Translations under genes and position numbers: made by a program
Assembly: GCA_050084985.1 (NCBI GenBank)
Contig: JBITNC010000001.1
Location: 143,654,001-143,718,000, forward strand
Direction: 5' to 3'
DNA from: Nageia nagi
Lineage: Eukaryota; Plantae; Pinophyta
Length of the DNA: 64,000 nt
The notes under the pieces: generated by a model
Told to the model about the DNA's origin: nothing
Seen by the model: the letters and a program-made list of their open reading frames with translations, nothing else
Database searches by the model: none
Shown: positions 11,929-25,558 of the stretch, piece by piece
Numbering within the stretch: the stretch's first letter is position 1
Layout: the number at the start of each line of letters is the position of its first letter

Positions 11929-13344
11929 CAAGGAAAGTTTTAGTTGGCTATTTGGCTAATCATGGCTATAATTTGGGAACTTTAATTTTTTATTTGGATA
12001 ATATAATGCATAATTTTTCCCACATTAACACCAAAATTTGATAAGTTTTTTAAAATTATTGATCATTGTAGCCAATAGTTCTACAAGTATTTTTAATTTT
12101 TAAAAATATATTAGCCTTCAAGTCTAATTCTATTTGGTGGAATTTCATATTGAAATTAAAAAAAAAAAAAAAAAAACTATTCTCATCAAAATAGCCACTT
12201 ATATTTTAGTATATATATACATATATAAATCCCATCCCATACCATCGATCCATCACATCATAGAGGAAGCTATAAATTTATGCTTATTTTTTCATCAAGT
12301 AGAATATCAATCTTTTCTTAATTGTGAGTTTTCTATGATTACAACTAATTTGTAATATTTTCATCTACAATAAATTTAGTTAGTTAGGTTCTATAACTAG
12401 TCTAGAATCCCCCTCATTTCATTTAGTTCATAAGATCCATTCTTCCATTCATGTTTGATCCTTTTAATATACCATCAATTTAAAACCTCCATGTATAAAT
12501 GAATTATGTTTATATCCAAAAATGCAAAATTATTTATAAAAAAATATAGATAAATAAACTATATTTACACCAATAATGTATAAATGAATTACATTTACAT
12601 AAAGTAAATGAATAACATTTATACCCAAATTAATCTAAATGAACTGCATTTACACCAAAAATTATAAAATTATTTATCACAAAAAATTAATAAATAAACT
12701 ACTTTATGCTAGTAATGTATAAAATAAATGGGTTTATACAAAGTAAACACATAATTTTACATCCATTTTAAACTACAACAAGTTTAACTAGTCAGGTTCT
12801 ACAACTAGTCATCAACCTCCTTCATTGCATCTACTCCATATCCTCCAAATCTACCACTTGTCTAAACCTTCATGTATAAACTAAATGTATTTACACAACA
12901 TAAAAAAGTAATTTTTATATCCAAACTAGATTAAACAAAATACATTTGTACCCAAACATGTAAAATTATTTATAATAAAAAATAGACAAATGAACCATAT
13001 TTACATTGGTAGTGTATAAATGAAGTGCATTTACAAAAAGTAAATGAATAGAGTTTACACTTAAATTGGTTTGAACAAACTATGTTTAAACTAGAACTTA
13101 CAAAATTATTTATTAAAAAATGATAAATAAATTATATTTAGACAAGCAATGTATAAATGAAGTGCATTTTTAAAAATCAAATGAACAACATTTACATACA
13201 TTTTGATGTGTAATAGGTTCAGAATGATTTGCAATTTTTTTTCCAAATTTTCACATCTTTTTTTTTAAATTTGTATAAAATGTGCCCATTAAAATACATA
13301 GTAAATTTATTTTTCTAATTAATTTAGCCATTATTTCTAACCAG
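11929..13344. mobile_element. Non-autonomous hAT-like DNA transposon (~1.4 kb)
   Basis: AT-rich block that splits the PMD frame. Flanks are ATTCCAAG (11921-11928) and GTTTCAAG (13345-13352): 6/8 identical, both differences transitions. Ends read CAAGG... and ...TAGCCATTATTTCTAACCAG, with subterminal TGGCTA/TAGCCA motifs. TIR is weak and there is no transposase. Confidence 0.55.
12360..13200. repeat. Hierarchical degenerate repeat (~27-bp TAAATGAA..CATTTACA subunits, ~135-bp and ~410-bp higher-order periods)
   Basis: CTACAA..AGTTAGGTTCTATAACTAGTC at ~12366 recurs at ~12773. AAAATTATTTAT recurs at ~12526, 12666, 12962 and 13102. Confidence 0.7.
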
Positions 13345-15160
13345 GTTTCAAGTAGATTCACTAGGATTTTATAGGTCACTTTTAGAGGAGGGATCATAAA
13401 ATTTATCCTAGTTACAAGCATGATAGAGTAAGGTTAAGGATACATCTCCATGATAGATAGACTAATTAGTATAGAGATATGCTATCAAGGCTACATTCCT
13501 AGGACATCATATGGTAACCCTACCTTAGTGGGTCCCATTGGGATGAAGAGGACATTGAGCTAGATGTTCTAGAAGGAGCCAACATGTTAGAGGATGACAT
13601 GTTTGATATGTACAGATTTTTTGCTATGAGTGGGTATAAACGTAGTATAGGCTAGTTTAGGATGTCCCCTTAGACTTTGTGCTCTATGGAAAGACACATT
13701 AAAATGCCCTGATGAGGCCAAGAATTACCTATGTCAAGCCTAATGTAGTGCCATATGCACCTATAGTTCAAGTAGCTATGGAATATGATGGGATAATCCT
13801 AGCATACCATGCCTTGTGAGCTCTCTAGAGGGACTAGCTACCCAATTTGATTATCATAGTCATGTAGAACCTGGCACCCTTGGTGGCTCCATGGGTATCA
13901 AAGGGTGAAGTAAGCCTTAAAGTTGAGGATGGAGAGGAGGAGGAGGTTGCTTATGAGAAGGAAGAGGTTGTTTATGAGGAGGATGAGGAGGGCATATAGT
14001 ACTAAGGAGTTTAGGATCAGGGGATCCTTGAGATAGATATGTACGATAAGTTAATAGAAGAGGAGGCACCTTAGGAGGGACTACATCAAAAATAGGTTGA
14101 GTAGTAGGGAGAGGGAGATGTCAAGTTCCAAACACCCAAGTGGAACCTACATGAGATCCTATACCCTAGATTTGGTACCTTTATAAGTGTGTGAGTGATC
14201 TAGTATTAGGGAGAGTACAATGCTCTCTAGGAATAGCATGATCAGATGCAAGTGTAGCTAGAAATAAAGTAGGGAACTAGAATAATGGATGAGAACCAAG
14301 TTACATAGCTACAAGGATAAGTCAAAGTCCTGCCAATGGATATGAAAATACTACTAATAGTGTTCATTATAGTAACCCAAGATAGATATATGTTGTGAGC
14401 ATAGGTAGAGGGTGGAATAGGTCTAGGGAAGAAATGAACACCCAAATGGATGAGCTCCAAATAGTTCTAGATTGGGATAGAGCTTAGGATGTTGTAATAT
14501 AGTCACATAGATAAAGGCTTGATTGATAGGGATGAGGGTAGGATCAGGGGGTTGATTCTCTCAAGGTAGGTAGATATCTAAAAATAATTATGATAGGCCC
14601 TAGATGACTCAGATAGGGAAACCATCAGGGTGCAAGAATGGTAGCACTAGATGATAGAATTAGGTATGATTCTTATAGACCTAGAGGCCTCCTAAACTAC
14701 CTATATAGTGAGGATATGTCAAGGAGTATCATAAGGATTCAACAAAGTGAGGGGAACTTAGTGTAATAGCCCACACCTATAAAGAGTACTGTGATAGAGA
14801 TTGTTACTATTGCAAAGATAGAGAAAAGGGGATACCCAAGGACTAGCATTGAAAGGCCTCTAATACGTGCCATCTCATAGGTTGTTAGAAAATTTATTAG
14901 GTCACCTCTATTGGTTAGTCAAAGAAAAGATTCAAGAGAGAGAAGCCCATCAAGGGCTCAAAAATAACTGATAGAGGAGGTGTGAGGACCCTACATCATA
15001 AGGGGGAAATAGATATAGTTATGTTATGACATGTTATTTATTTTTTTTGTGCCATAGTGTGCATCCTATGTATATGGTAAGACACTATGTATATGCAAGA
15101 CTTCTATGGACATTGACATGATGTATGTTTGTATATGTGATAAACATGTATGGTTGACAT

Positions 15161-15180
15161 TATGTATGTATGTATGTATG
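15161..15180. repeat. (TATG)5 microsatellite in a TATG-rich tract downstream of the PMD ORF
   Basis: Direct reading. Confidence 0.9.
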
Positions 15181-17817
15181 AACATGATGGATGCATTTGA
15201 ACATTATGGACTCATGTAAATTTATGATGATGATGTTATATGATACACATGTTTTGACTATACTTATGGATTTTTATTAATGTAACTATGTATGGATACA
15301 TGCTTATAATACAATGGATGCACTTATGTATGATATTAATACACTTGGTTATGAATGTATAAAATGAACCCTAAATGCATAAAAATGATACATGGACTAA
15401 AATGAACTTGTCTATTTAATCACACATCATAAAATGAACATGCATGATTAACCACACAAGGAGAATGAACCTTAATGAAAAACATTAATGGACCTTAAGA
15501 TATATCATAAGAGAATAAAAATATAATAAAATGAGTAAATAAGATAATATAACTGGCAGTTGACATACCTAAAAATATAAGGGAATGAAGAAACACTTGT
15601 AAATAGGATACAAAAATGATAAAGATATAAAATCATACAATGAATATAATTATAATAAAATTAAGTGAAAAAAATATATATAAAGATTAAAAAAAATAAA
15701 AATATAAGGATAATAAAAACCAAGAACAAAAATTGACTAAAATATAAAAATAACATAAAGATAATAAAATCAAATGACCAAATTGACTAAAAAAGTTAAT
15801 AAGATCAAATGAAAAATAGACTAAAAAGATAAATGATGAATATGCTAAAGGATAATAAGACCAAATGACATGAATTGACTAAATGAACCTAAAATAACAA
15901 TAAACAAATATGTAAAATGTTAATAAAACAAGTTGACACACTACAAAATTATCCTATAACTACATGTAAAATGAGGTAAGGTACATTTCATAAAGACATC
16001 CCCTAAGTACTTGATCTAAGCTAATCATGAGGAATAAATAAGACACATATTGAGATTCTACCATGATGCAACAAAAATGAACCAAAATAAGACTATTATG
16101 AAATTAACACTTTCTAAAATGTAAAAAATACAAACTTTGATGGATGATAACTAGTGACCATGCTAACGATTTGATGAAGTATCTTGATGATATGATAGAT
16201 GATACTACAATTTAATATAAAGATCAAATGATTCAAAAAATAGAGCTCATTTTTCCTATTTTCAAAACCAAAATAGAAGGCTACTTGGGCCAAGGTGATA
16301 ACCCTTCAATGCTCACAAAAAGTACATTATTCCAAGTAGTTCGATAAATGGCTTGTGAAAATTGACTAGATAATCAAAACTTGACATGATAATTAAATTT
16401 AGATCACTTATAGTCTAAAAATAGATATTTTTAAAAATAAACACAATTTGCTATATATAAAATGGTAAAATTGTAGCAAACTTTTTAGGGTACCAAATTT
16501 CAGGAACTTCATCCCTAAAACAAATGGATGAAGAGACAATGATGAAATGACTTGAAATGGTATGGTATGACATGATAGGACCTAATGAGGCATAATATGA
16601 ATAATATACAAGTTAATACCATAATGTTATGGAATTATATATGCTAGGGTGATTATGCAAAGGGCAAACTTTAAACTTGAAATAAATGCGTAAGATGGGA
16701 TCTAAAATGGATGAAATTAAATTTTTAGGGATACTAGTATGAATGTGATGTAAGGGAAATGAATTGTTTGCCAAACTAACATGGTTAAAATAACTTTAGA
16801 AAGTTAAAAAAAAAAAAATTTAACAAAATGAAAAAGGATGCAAACATGATGAAAGCAAAATAAATGCAACCAAGGCACAAAATGATAAGAATCATGGAAA
16901 AAATAGTTATAAAAATTCAAACAATGATAAAATAATATGAATATAGATAAGTACTTGTAAAATGATAAAGATGAAAAATGTGGCATCGATGCAAGTTCAT
17001 CCATGTCATAATTCATAATAATTTTGTATGGTATTTCCCTCAAAAATCATGCTACTCTATAGTCTATGATCAATCCTAGGGGATTGATTTTAAGGAAACC
17101 TAATATTTTGACTAAGATCCAAATGGTTGTATCATAACTAGAAAATTATGGATTATATTTTGTTATAAGTAACCTAAATATACATGTAAATGTCATTGAT
17201 GGGGGCCTTGAATAAGTAGGATGCAATGGAACTGACACACCAAACAAGATGAAGAACATAAAGTGAATAAAAGTGAAAGAAAATATCAAAGAAAATAACA
17301 ACTTGGTCAAGCTGGGTTATTTTGGTATTGACTTCAACTCATGTTTAGGATTGTACTTGCTTCATTATAGAATGAAGATAATGTCCAACATTCCCAACCC
17401 AGATGACGATCAAGAGTGGTGAAAATAAAATGATAAATACAACATGACAACAAATTATAGAAATATATAATGATACTAGGATTGATGCATGATAGGGAAA
17501 TGAGTGACTTGTGGTTTTTGTGCACCCAAAAAAAAAAGGTAGGATGATAATAAAAATAGAGAACCAACTAAGTATCAACTCCTAATGATATGATAAAAAA
17601 TAAAATAAAGTGAAGAGATAACAAGGTGGTACACACATAAGCCCAAGGGGATGACTGTACATAATACATCCCTCACAACTTAGTGTAGGATACATGAGCA
17701 ACTAGAAAAAGATGATATGCTATGATAAATAAAGAAAAGAGATGAAATGATATGCATAAGAAGAAAACAAGAACCAACAAACTAAGAAAAATAAAGAGAG
17801 ATAAAACAAGGCAAAGA

Positions 17818-20800
17818 CTAAGCATAGAATAGAAAAATACGGATGATATTAATAGGCTCTAATTCTTCCCATACCTCTAAAAAATGGTAGGCACTAGTAT
17901 AAAAGTTTCTCTTAAATATGTAAGGCCTTAACCAATTTGATGCAAACTTCTCTCAAAGAGGTAATTCAAGGTGTGATTATTGTTGATTCTCTTTAAGTAC
18001 CAATTCACCAATATTGAATTCTTTAGGTATGACCTTGTTATTATATACAAGTTTCAATAGTTCTTAATAGACCTTATGATGTTCAATGGATTTGACATGT
18101 CTCTCATCAATAAGGATAATTTGATCTAAGTGGGCTTGTCTAGCTTCCTCATCTAGAATGAGGCCCTAAAGATGAACCCTCAAATATGGAATCTCTAACT
18201 CAAATTGCATGACTACTTTTGTACCATAGACTAATTAGAAGGGGGTGAACCCCATAAGAATTCTAATATTAGTACAATAGTCCCCTAAGGCATATGGGAC
18301 ATACTCATGTAAATTCCTATGATTATAATTAACCATATTTTTCAAGATCATTATAATGGTGTTATTGAATGCCTTTTCATGACCATTACCTTGGGGGTAA
18401 TAAGGTATAGAGAGAAAATAATGAATATTATAATTATTAAATAGTCCTCTCACATGCTAATTCTTGAAACATGGCCTATTATCTAATATGATCTTATGTG
18501 GCATATCATACCTACATATAATGTGAGTGTTAATGAATTGGTCAATATTAGAACCTGTGGTGGACACAAGTAGCTCAACCTTGATCCACTTGGTGAACTA
18601 CTCTATCATAGTGATAATGAGCTTACGGTTGCCTAAAGAGGGAGGTACAAACTATCTACAAGATCAAAGTCCCATTGTGCAAAAGACCACATAGAGTGGA
18701 TAGGGTTAAGTTCTTAAGCAAGTAGATGCTACAAATGAAGAATGTTGTTGATACTTAACATACTTATTGATATATTACCAACATTCTCATTCCATGGTAA
18801 GAAAAATGCAACTCATCCTGAGAATATGTTTGGCAATGGTAGTTCCATTAAAGTGCCTACCACATATACCATCATGACAAGTATGAATAGAAATAAATTG
18901 ATAACAAAGCTCTAAACAATGTAAGAGGATTTAATCATATGATTGTTTATAGAAAATATGTCCTAAGATAGCATAATGGGTAGCCTTTTTCTTAAATGTC
19001 CATTTTTACCTATTGATAACTTAGGAGGTTTGGCATTCCACTTTAGATAATCATGTAGTTGCTTGTATGACAAGTCATGTGGTTTATCAATGACCTCATT
19101 CATTGAATCCAAAGGTAGACTCTAAGATAATGATGCCTTGAGGGAATACACCTTCAAAGTCACTATCTCCACATGTTGAATATGTCAATTAGAATTAGGA
19201 GGAATAAGTGACCCTAAGGATGCCATAGTGTTAGAAAACATATTAAATGATCTAAGGGTAGCCTTAATTTTTTATGACTTTAACCTTTTTTGTAACCATA
19301 ATTTCATATCTTGATAAACATTAAGAACCTCATTATGACACTAGTATATGCCTAAAACATGATTAAGAACTAACTAAGAGTCTACATAAATGATGAGTAT
19401 TTTAAATTTCAACTTGATGGATGCATTAAGACCAAAATTAATGCCTCATACTCTACATTATTATTGGTATATAAAAATTCAAGTTTGAAAGAGTACATAA
19501 TAGGGACCCCCTCAGGGTGAAGAAGACAACTCCTCCCCATCCCCCTTATTCACATCTCAACCTTTCAAAGTACATAATAATGTCATAGTATTCTTTGGTA
19601 TCTACTAGCTCCTTAATCTCATGAATCTTTAACATGTCCTTATCAGGGAGGGTGATCTTGAGAGGAGTAGTAACCTATATAGTGCCTTTGATAACTGATC
19701 TATTATGACCTAACCTTTGACTAACTTCTAGTTGATAAACACTAAGTAAAACTCTAAAAGAAACATGATCCACTTGGTAGTGCATGTATTATAGTATGCT
19801 TTACTCATTATATACTTCAATGGATCAGCTCAAGAAATTATATAAGTGGTATAATTTAATATGTAGTCCATGATTTTCTTAGCTAGAAAGATTACTAGAA
19901 GGTAAACCTTCTCAATGTAAACATACTTGAGTTCATAATCAATAATTGTATAACTAAGATAATAGATAGACTATTCCTTTTCCTACTTGTTCTTCTAGGT
20001 TAGCATGATGCCTAGTGCAATATTAGTAGCCAAAATATATAAATAGAATTGGACATTATCCTTGGGAGGAATAAGGACTAGGGGATTAAGCATATATTGC
20101 TTGATATCATTCAAATATCACTAAAAACTCTCACCCCACTCAAAATATACATACTTCTTAAGGAGCCAATTTAATGGTATACACTTATCTAATTACTAAG
20201 CTATAAATGTTTTTATATATTAGATCATGCCCTGAAGGCTTATTAAGGACTTGAAATCATGATCCAAAGGCATACTAGTGATAGCAGTCACTTTCTTAGG
20301 ATTGATCTTTGTACCTCTTTTGGAAATGATGAACCCTAGGAGCTTTGTTGATGTGATACTAAATACATATTTCTTAGGATTTAATATGATATTTTTCTTA
20401 AGCAATCTCTCCAAGACTCTCTCTAGCACTTCCCAATGTTGATCTCAATTTCTAGACTTTACTAACAAATATCATGCATCATGTTGGTGAAGTGAGCTCC
20501 ATAATATCATGCAACATGTCATGGAATAACAAAGTCATGGCTTATTGATATATGCCATCAATATTGTTAAGGCCAAATATTATGACCTTGTAATAAAAAG
20601 TCACCCATGATGTAGTGAATGCAATCTTATGTTGATCTTAAGGAGCAACCCAAATCTAATTGTACCCTAAAAAATCATACATGACTGATAACATCTCATA
20701 TCTTGTTGTATATTCGATCAAAGTGTTGATATTTGGAAATGGGAAATCATTATTAGGGCATGCTATATTTATAGCCCTTAATTCCATGCATATCCTAATA

Positions 20801-23433
20801 TGAGATTTAGGATTACTAACAAGAGTCATGTTAGACACTTATGGTGGGTAATCTATAGGGTTAATTAATTTGTCATTGAAGAGCTTTTGAAACTCATCCT
20901 TGATTAGAAGTGACTGGTTTGGATTTACCCTTCTAGGCTTTTGCTTGAATAATTTGGCATTTAGAAGAGTGAAAATATTATGAATTACTATGTTGGGATC
21001 CATACTAGGCACATCTTGATAACTAAAGGAAAATATCCTAACATGCTTTTTTAGTATTTTTGTGGCTTTTTCTCTCTACTTCATCTAACACATCCAAGAA
21101 GATTACCTTTAAATCTATGGTATCCTCATTGATATCTATATTGATTAAATTTCTCAAGTGCATATGACATCCATCATCTAACTACTTAAATATGAGAAGG
21201 TACAAAAAGTTATCATTATCCAAATTATTAATGAAGGAATATGGAATAGATGATCCGATCTCATTAGGGAAATGAAAAGAAAGAGATGCATCACTCAAGA
21301 TAAGATATAGAATAGACAAAGGTGAAGAGAAATATATGGATATAGGAATAATAGAATTCTATGAATTACAACCTAAAAGCTCATGGATGAAACTATCAAT
21401 GAAAATTATTGAAATATCAAAGGCAAGGTAAACAAAAAGCTCATGGATGAAACCATTTGGGATGGAACACTTATAGCCATGATGATTATATGCATGAAAC
21501 TACAAACTTATATCATGCTCTTCATTGTGTGATATATCCTATTCTAGAATATTTAGATTTTCAAACTATTCTTCTAGAATTTTTATCTTATGGCCATAAA
21601 ACCCTAGACTACATTTATCTCATTCAGATTGAAAAGGAACCAAAAAAGAATTAACTTACCCCTAATCAAATTCACCTATAGCATATCATTTTCATTTCCA
21701 TTTAGCAAGGATTTTATGCACCAAATTAGGAAATGGAAAATATTCAATTATAGAACAAAACATCTCCTTAAGATGATTCCTAAGGGGAATGTCTTGGGGT
21801 AAATCTATACCCATATAAGTGAAGAAAGATTTATCTAAACATAAGCCTAGTTACAAAATAGAATCAAGAGCAAGTGGGGATTCTTGATCTATTCCCCATT
21901 CATGTGCAAAGGGAATATTAAAAAAAATATGATTTATATGATATTCCTTCTTTCTAATACATTCATACTTAATGAGATTAGATGATGGTGACATGACAAG
22001 ATTCACAAACTATTGGTCAAAAGGAATGTGACCAACTTGGGACAAAGAAGGTATATCTTTCTAATTCAAATAAGATGTAAGATATGAGGATGATGATTAT
22101 GATTTATCAAATGGAGGTAATTGATGATACAATTGCCAACATTACCATATATGGTTGCAGATGAGGTCTAACAAATGGAAGAAGCATTTGCAAAATCCTT
22201 AAGAGTTTTACCATTATGATGTATAAGGGGATCCAAACTAGATAAAACTGATGAAGATGGCTAAGAAGAAGTGATGGATTGAATACATGGAAGAGTGAAA
22301 TATGGATTTTCTTATGAAGTTAAATGTTTAGTATGAGGATGATTATTCATAAGAATGCTGATAGGAAAAAGATGTTCACATGACATATGAAGGGACTTCG
22401 GAGAGAAAGCAGAGATACTGTGACTAAAATGATTCAAATCACCTACAATGCAATGTCCTTCTATTGCATAGGTATTTTTTAAATCTATATAGGGCATATG
22501 AAACTAAATCCATGTACTCTATACTTTATTTACATAAAAGTAGGTTATACTACATCTCACCATCAAACACATGGCATGTAGCTAATATCTCTTTGATTCC
22601 AACCATGATTAGAAGAATGATTGTACCCATAGTTATAGCCAAAGTGTTATTGAAGGCCCTAATAGTAAGAGTGAGAGCATTTAAATATTTGATATGAATA
22701 TTCATTCTATTAAGTGATATGAAAGATATAAATTTAATGGTAGATCCATTATCAACAAGCACTCTCTTGGATGGGCGAGAATCTACATAGGTTACTATAT
22801 ACAAGACAAGATACCTTAGCTTATCTAATGCTAATTGCTAAATCTTATCCTAATAGAAAGTGATCCCTAATAATTTAGAACTTTGGATAACCTTTATAAA
22901 GTATCCAAAATAGTTATGGTTATCATCATCTAACTCAATAGATTTGATGATGTTGTTCAAAGCATTCATGTGTTTAGGAGATTATTGCAATAAATCCTAT
23001 AAGAAAAGCTTTATATTAGTAGTTTTAAGCTTTTGCTCTAGCTAAGTCTATGTGGTAATTAGTGCTCTAGGAGCTTGTATCTAAATATATATCCTTATCT
23101 AAGGTAGAGTTTGTTGAATCCATTACTCCATAGGAGGGGAGAAGGTGCTTTATAATGACCTCTTCTTTTCCTAATTGTTACATTGACCATGATACTATTG
23201 TGGATCTTGACTATATAAAATGTTGGAGATGGGTCCATGACTCCCATAAACTCATAGTCAGGGGATATGTTGATGCCTCCCATAAAAATAAAATCTAACT
23301 CACTATTAGTAAAACCCATAAACTCATTATTCTACTTAGGGTTATAGTCATGGTTGATATGTTATGTTGCCATTAACAAAATATGGTTAACATTGTTGTT
23401 ATGTCTAAGCAATGGATCTTGAAAAAAATCAAA
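17818..23433 (-). pseudogene. pol: Element C: Ty3/gypsy Tat-clade polyprotein remnant (gag end-PR-RT-RH-aRH-INT)
   Basis: Protease 'RVLVDNGS' (ORF 22550..22804). RT 'IRICMELRAINIACPNNDFPFPNI..MLSVMYDFLGYN' and 'LNPKKYVFSITSTKLLGFII'. aRH 'MYFE..GVVFFT..TNNNVEYEALI' (~19430-19580). INT 'SIPYYPQGNG' and GPY/F-type end 'KFASNWLRPY..EPIN..FYA*' with stop at 17818-17820. Confidence 0.92.
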
Positions 23434-25558
23434 TGTAGACACCTAAAAATGGCCCTTATTTTGATAAAGGAAATAAGGGAATAAAATTTTAAATAAATAA
23501 TAAAGTTTTTTAAACCCTAATAGTCATTGGTGACCTAATACAATCATCAATGACCCAATCCAATCATCGACATCTGATACACAATCACCAGCAATCTTGT
23601 AAATAGAAAAATGGAAAAATCAAGGTGCCTAAGGAAATAAACTAGTAAATCTTGGATGACTCATCATTTACCCCATGCATATAAACCTTGTGACAAGGTT
23701 GGATGAGCTTTTTTATCCTATCCTTACCTCCAACATATAAACTTTGGCCATCCCAAACATCTATGAATTAAACCTCTCATAAGGAGAAAAAGATTAAAGT
23801 TTTATGCAATAATACTTTGCTAAAATACACTCAAACTTGTAGTAGGTAATTGTATTACATTTTTCCATGCTTTCATACTTGCATTAAATTTTACTTTCAT
23901 ATATTTTTAACTATGTGAGTAGGTATGCTTGATATATTTCTTGTTTGTGTGTGTCCATGATTTGCTGGTGCATTATAGCTAGTTTGAGAAAAGGAAAGCC
24001 AAAAGAATATTGAGCACTCCAACATCATCATCAACATTTTCTTATAGGTTTATAGATACAATAATAAAAGCTTGCAAACATTGATATGCCCATTCAAAGG
24101 AGGTCTAAAGGAACCTATATCTCCCTCTACTATAAGAAAAGCCCTTACTGTATAAGGCACTATTATACATCAAAAATCGATATGAGATATATCATTATAA
24201 ACTAATTATTGAGGTATATTCAAAATTTAATAAAATAATTATTGTTGGTTGTAACATGCTTTATTCTATTTTCATACAAGGTTATTTTTTGGGTAGTACA
24301 TTATGGGACTAGAAGGAGGGCATTTGCATACAAGCTACATCAAAACAAAGCTTAGGGGGTATTTTATGTGTTTTATTATTCATTTTTTATATCTTATGCC
24401 TTGTATTATCACTACTAATTTTGTGCTTTTTTCTATTTTCTATTCTCTATTTTTTAAATGTGTAATCATTGATGACTATTATCGAGTGCCAACAATAATG
24501 GATAATAACTAGCAACTAGACTTGGGCAACAATGTTAGGACTAAATTGCTAGTGATTCTAACTTAAATTGTGAAACATTAACAACTAAAATAGAGGATAT
24601 ACATTTAAACTTTCATCAATTCTAAAAGTGTAATTTAGGCAATAAAATGGAAAATAGGAATAAACCCCTTTTTGTGATTTCTCTTCTCAGATAACATATA
24701 GGAAGGGTAAATGAATGTTTAGTAATATACATCATTTTGTTTTAGTTTTAGTGAATTACATGAATGTTATTCATCTTTATTTGCTTTAGGAGCATACCAA
24801 CAAACTCACTTTAAATTTTCCATTACACTCACTTATGCTCTCTCTTTGCATGGAAAGGTAATATTAGGTGATCAAAATGGTTGTAATAGGAAAAGAGTAA
24901 CTGAACATTTTTTCTTTTCTCCATTTATCTCACTAAGATTGGTAATGAACTCTCATTAAATTACTTATGCACTCAAAAGGAGGAATTAAATTTCATTAAG
25001 AATGGAATGAATATAAGGTTAAATTACAAGGGTTAAGGTAGATTACAACATAATTAAATTGGTTAATTGATTGTTGGATATTTACCTTCACATTAAAACT
25101 CTTCTTTTCTACCTTACCACTCTAGAAGGAAGCCAAAGTATTGTGACTTGAAGAGGAGTTAAAGAACATCATCTAAAGAAATTTACTTCACATTAAAACC
25201 CTTATTATCTTCCTTACCACTTCAAAACAAGGTCAAAGGATTGTGAATCAAAGAGGATTTAAAAGAATCTAATTTAAAGTAATTTACACTCACTTAATGG
25301 GTTCTTACATGTCTCATCATATCTCTTTGAATGGAGATCAAAGGTAGATGTGATTAGTAAGAGATGGAAATAAACCTCACATAATTACTTCCACACTTGG
25401 AAGGAGTAAATGAATTTCATAAAGCTTGGGTTAAAGAATCACACTAAAATAGTAATGAATCTCCTTGGTTAGATTAAGACTCATTAATTAAAATATTACT
25501 TTTTCTACATTAAATAAATTATAATCAAACTACATGTATGTTGGGTTGGGGTTGTAGT
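23434..25558 (+). repeat. Element B putative 5' LTR/leader (LTR 3' end unresolved, possibly ..AAACTACA at 25534)
   Basis: TG start, non-coding, upstream of B gag. No partner LTR in the window. Confidence 0.5.
25080..25300. repeat. ~100-bp tandem repeat (2 clear copies plus degenerate neighbours)
   Basis: TTCACATTAAAAC..CCTTACCACT..AAAG(T/G)ATTGTGA..AAGAGGA at ~25087 and ~25187. Confidence 0.75.

Larger units (their letters stand above)
11055..15020 (+). pseudogene. Plant Mobile Domain (PMD, aminotransferase-like; MAIN/MAIL1-type domain) ORF, antisense to the pol of element C, interrupted at 11929-13344
   Basis: The frame starting at 11316 contains 'GDTSYMIMLRECFHLARCNFMLLKKDMTTTLEHIYKIFMLLMEGE', matching the PMD consensus D..LI.AL.ERW..ET.TFHLP.GEMTITLEDV..ILGLP..G. 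'TWGG' at ~11785 corresponds to YxWG. After the insertion, 13470 reads 'YRDMLSRLHS*DIIW*PY' (YR..LD.L....WxPY). An E/D-rich tract follows at 13925-13990. Outer limits are approximate. Confidence 0.7.

Noticed and set aside
12158-12176. A19 run as a LINE/SINE poly(A) tail
   Set aside because: No TSD or recognisable upstream retroposon body; it lies inside the hAT-like insertion.
11880-13344. Long intron of the PMD gene (CTAAC..CAG|G at 13337-13345)
   Set aside because: No clear GT donor, and the 8-bp TSD-like flanks and subterminal motifs favour a transposon insertion. Not fully excluded.
25535-25552. TGTATGTTGGGTTGGGG as the decayed PBS of element B
   Set aside because: Position after ..TACA is plausible but there are too many mismatches to any tRNA 3' end I can assign.
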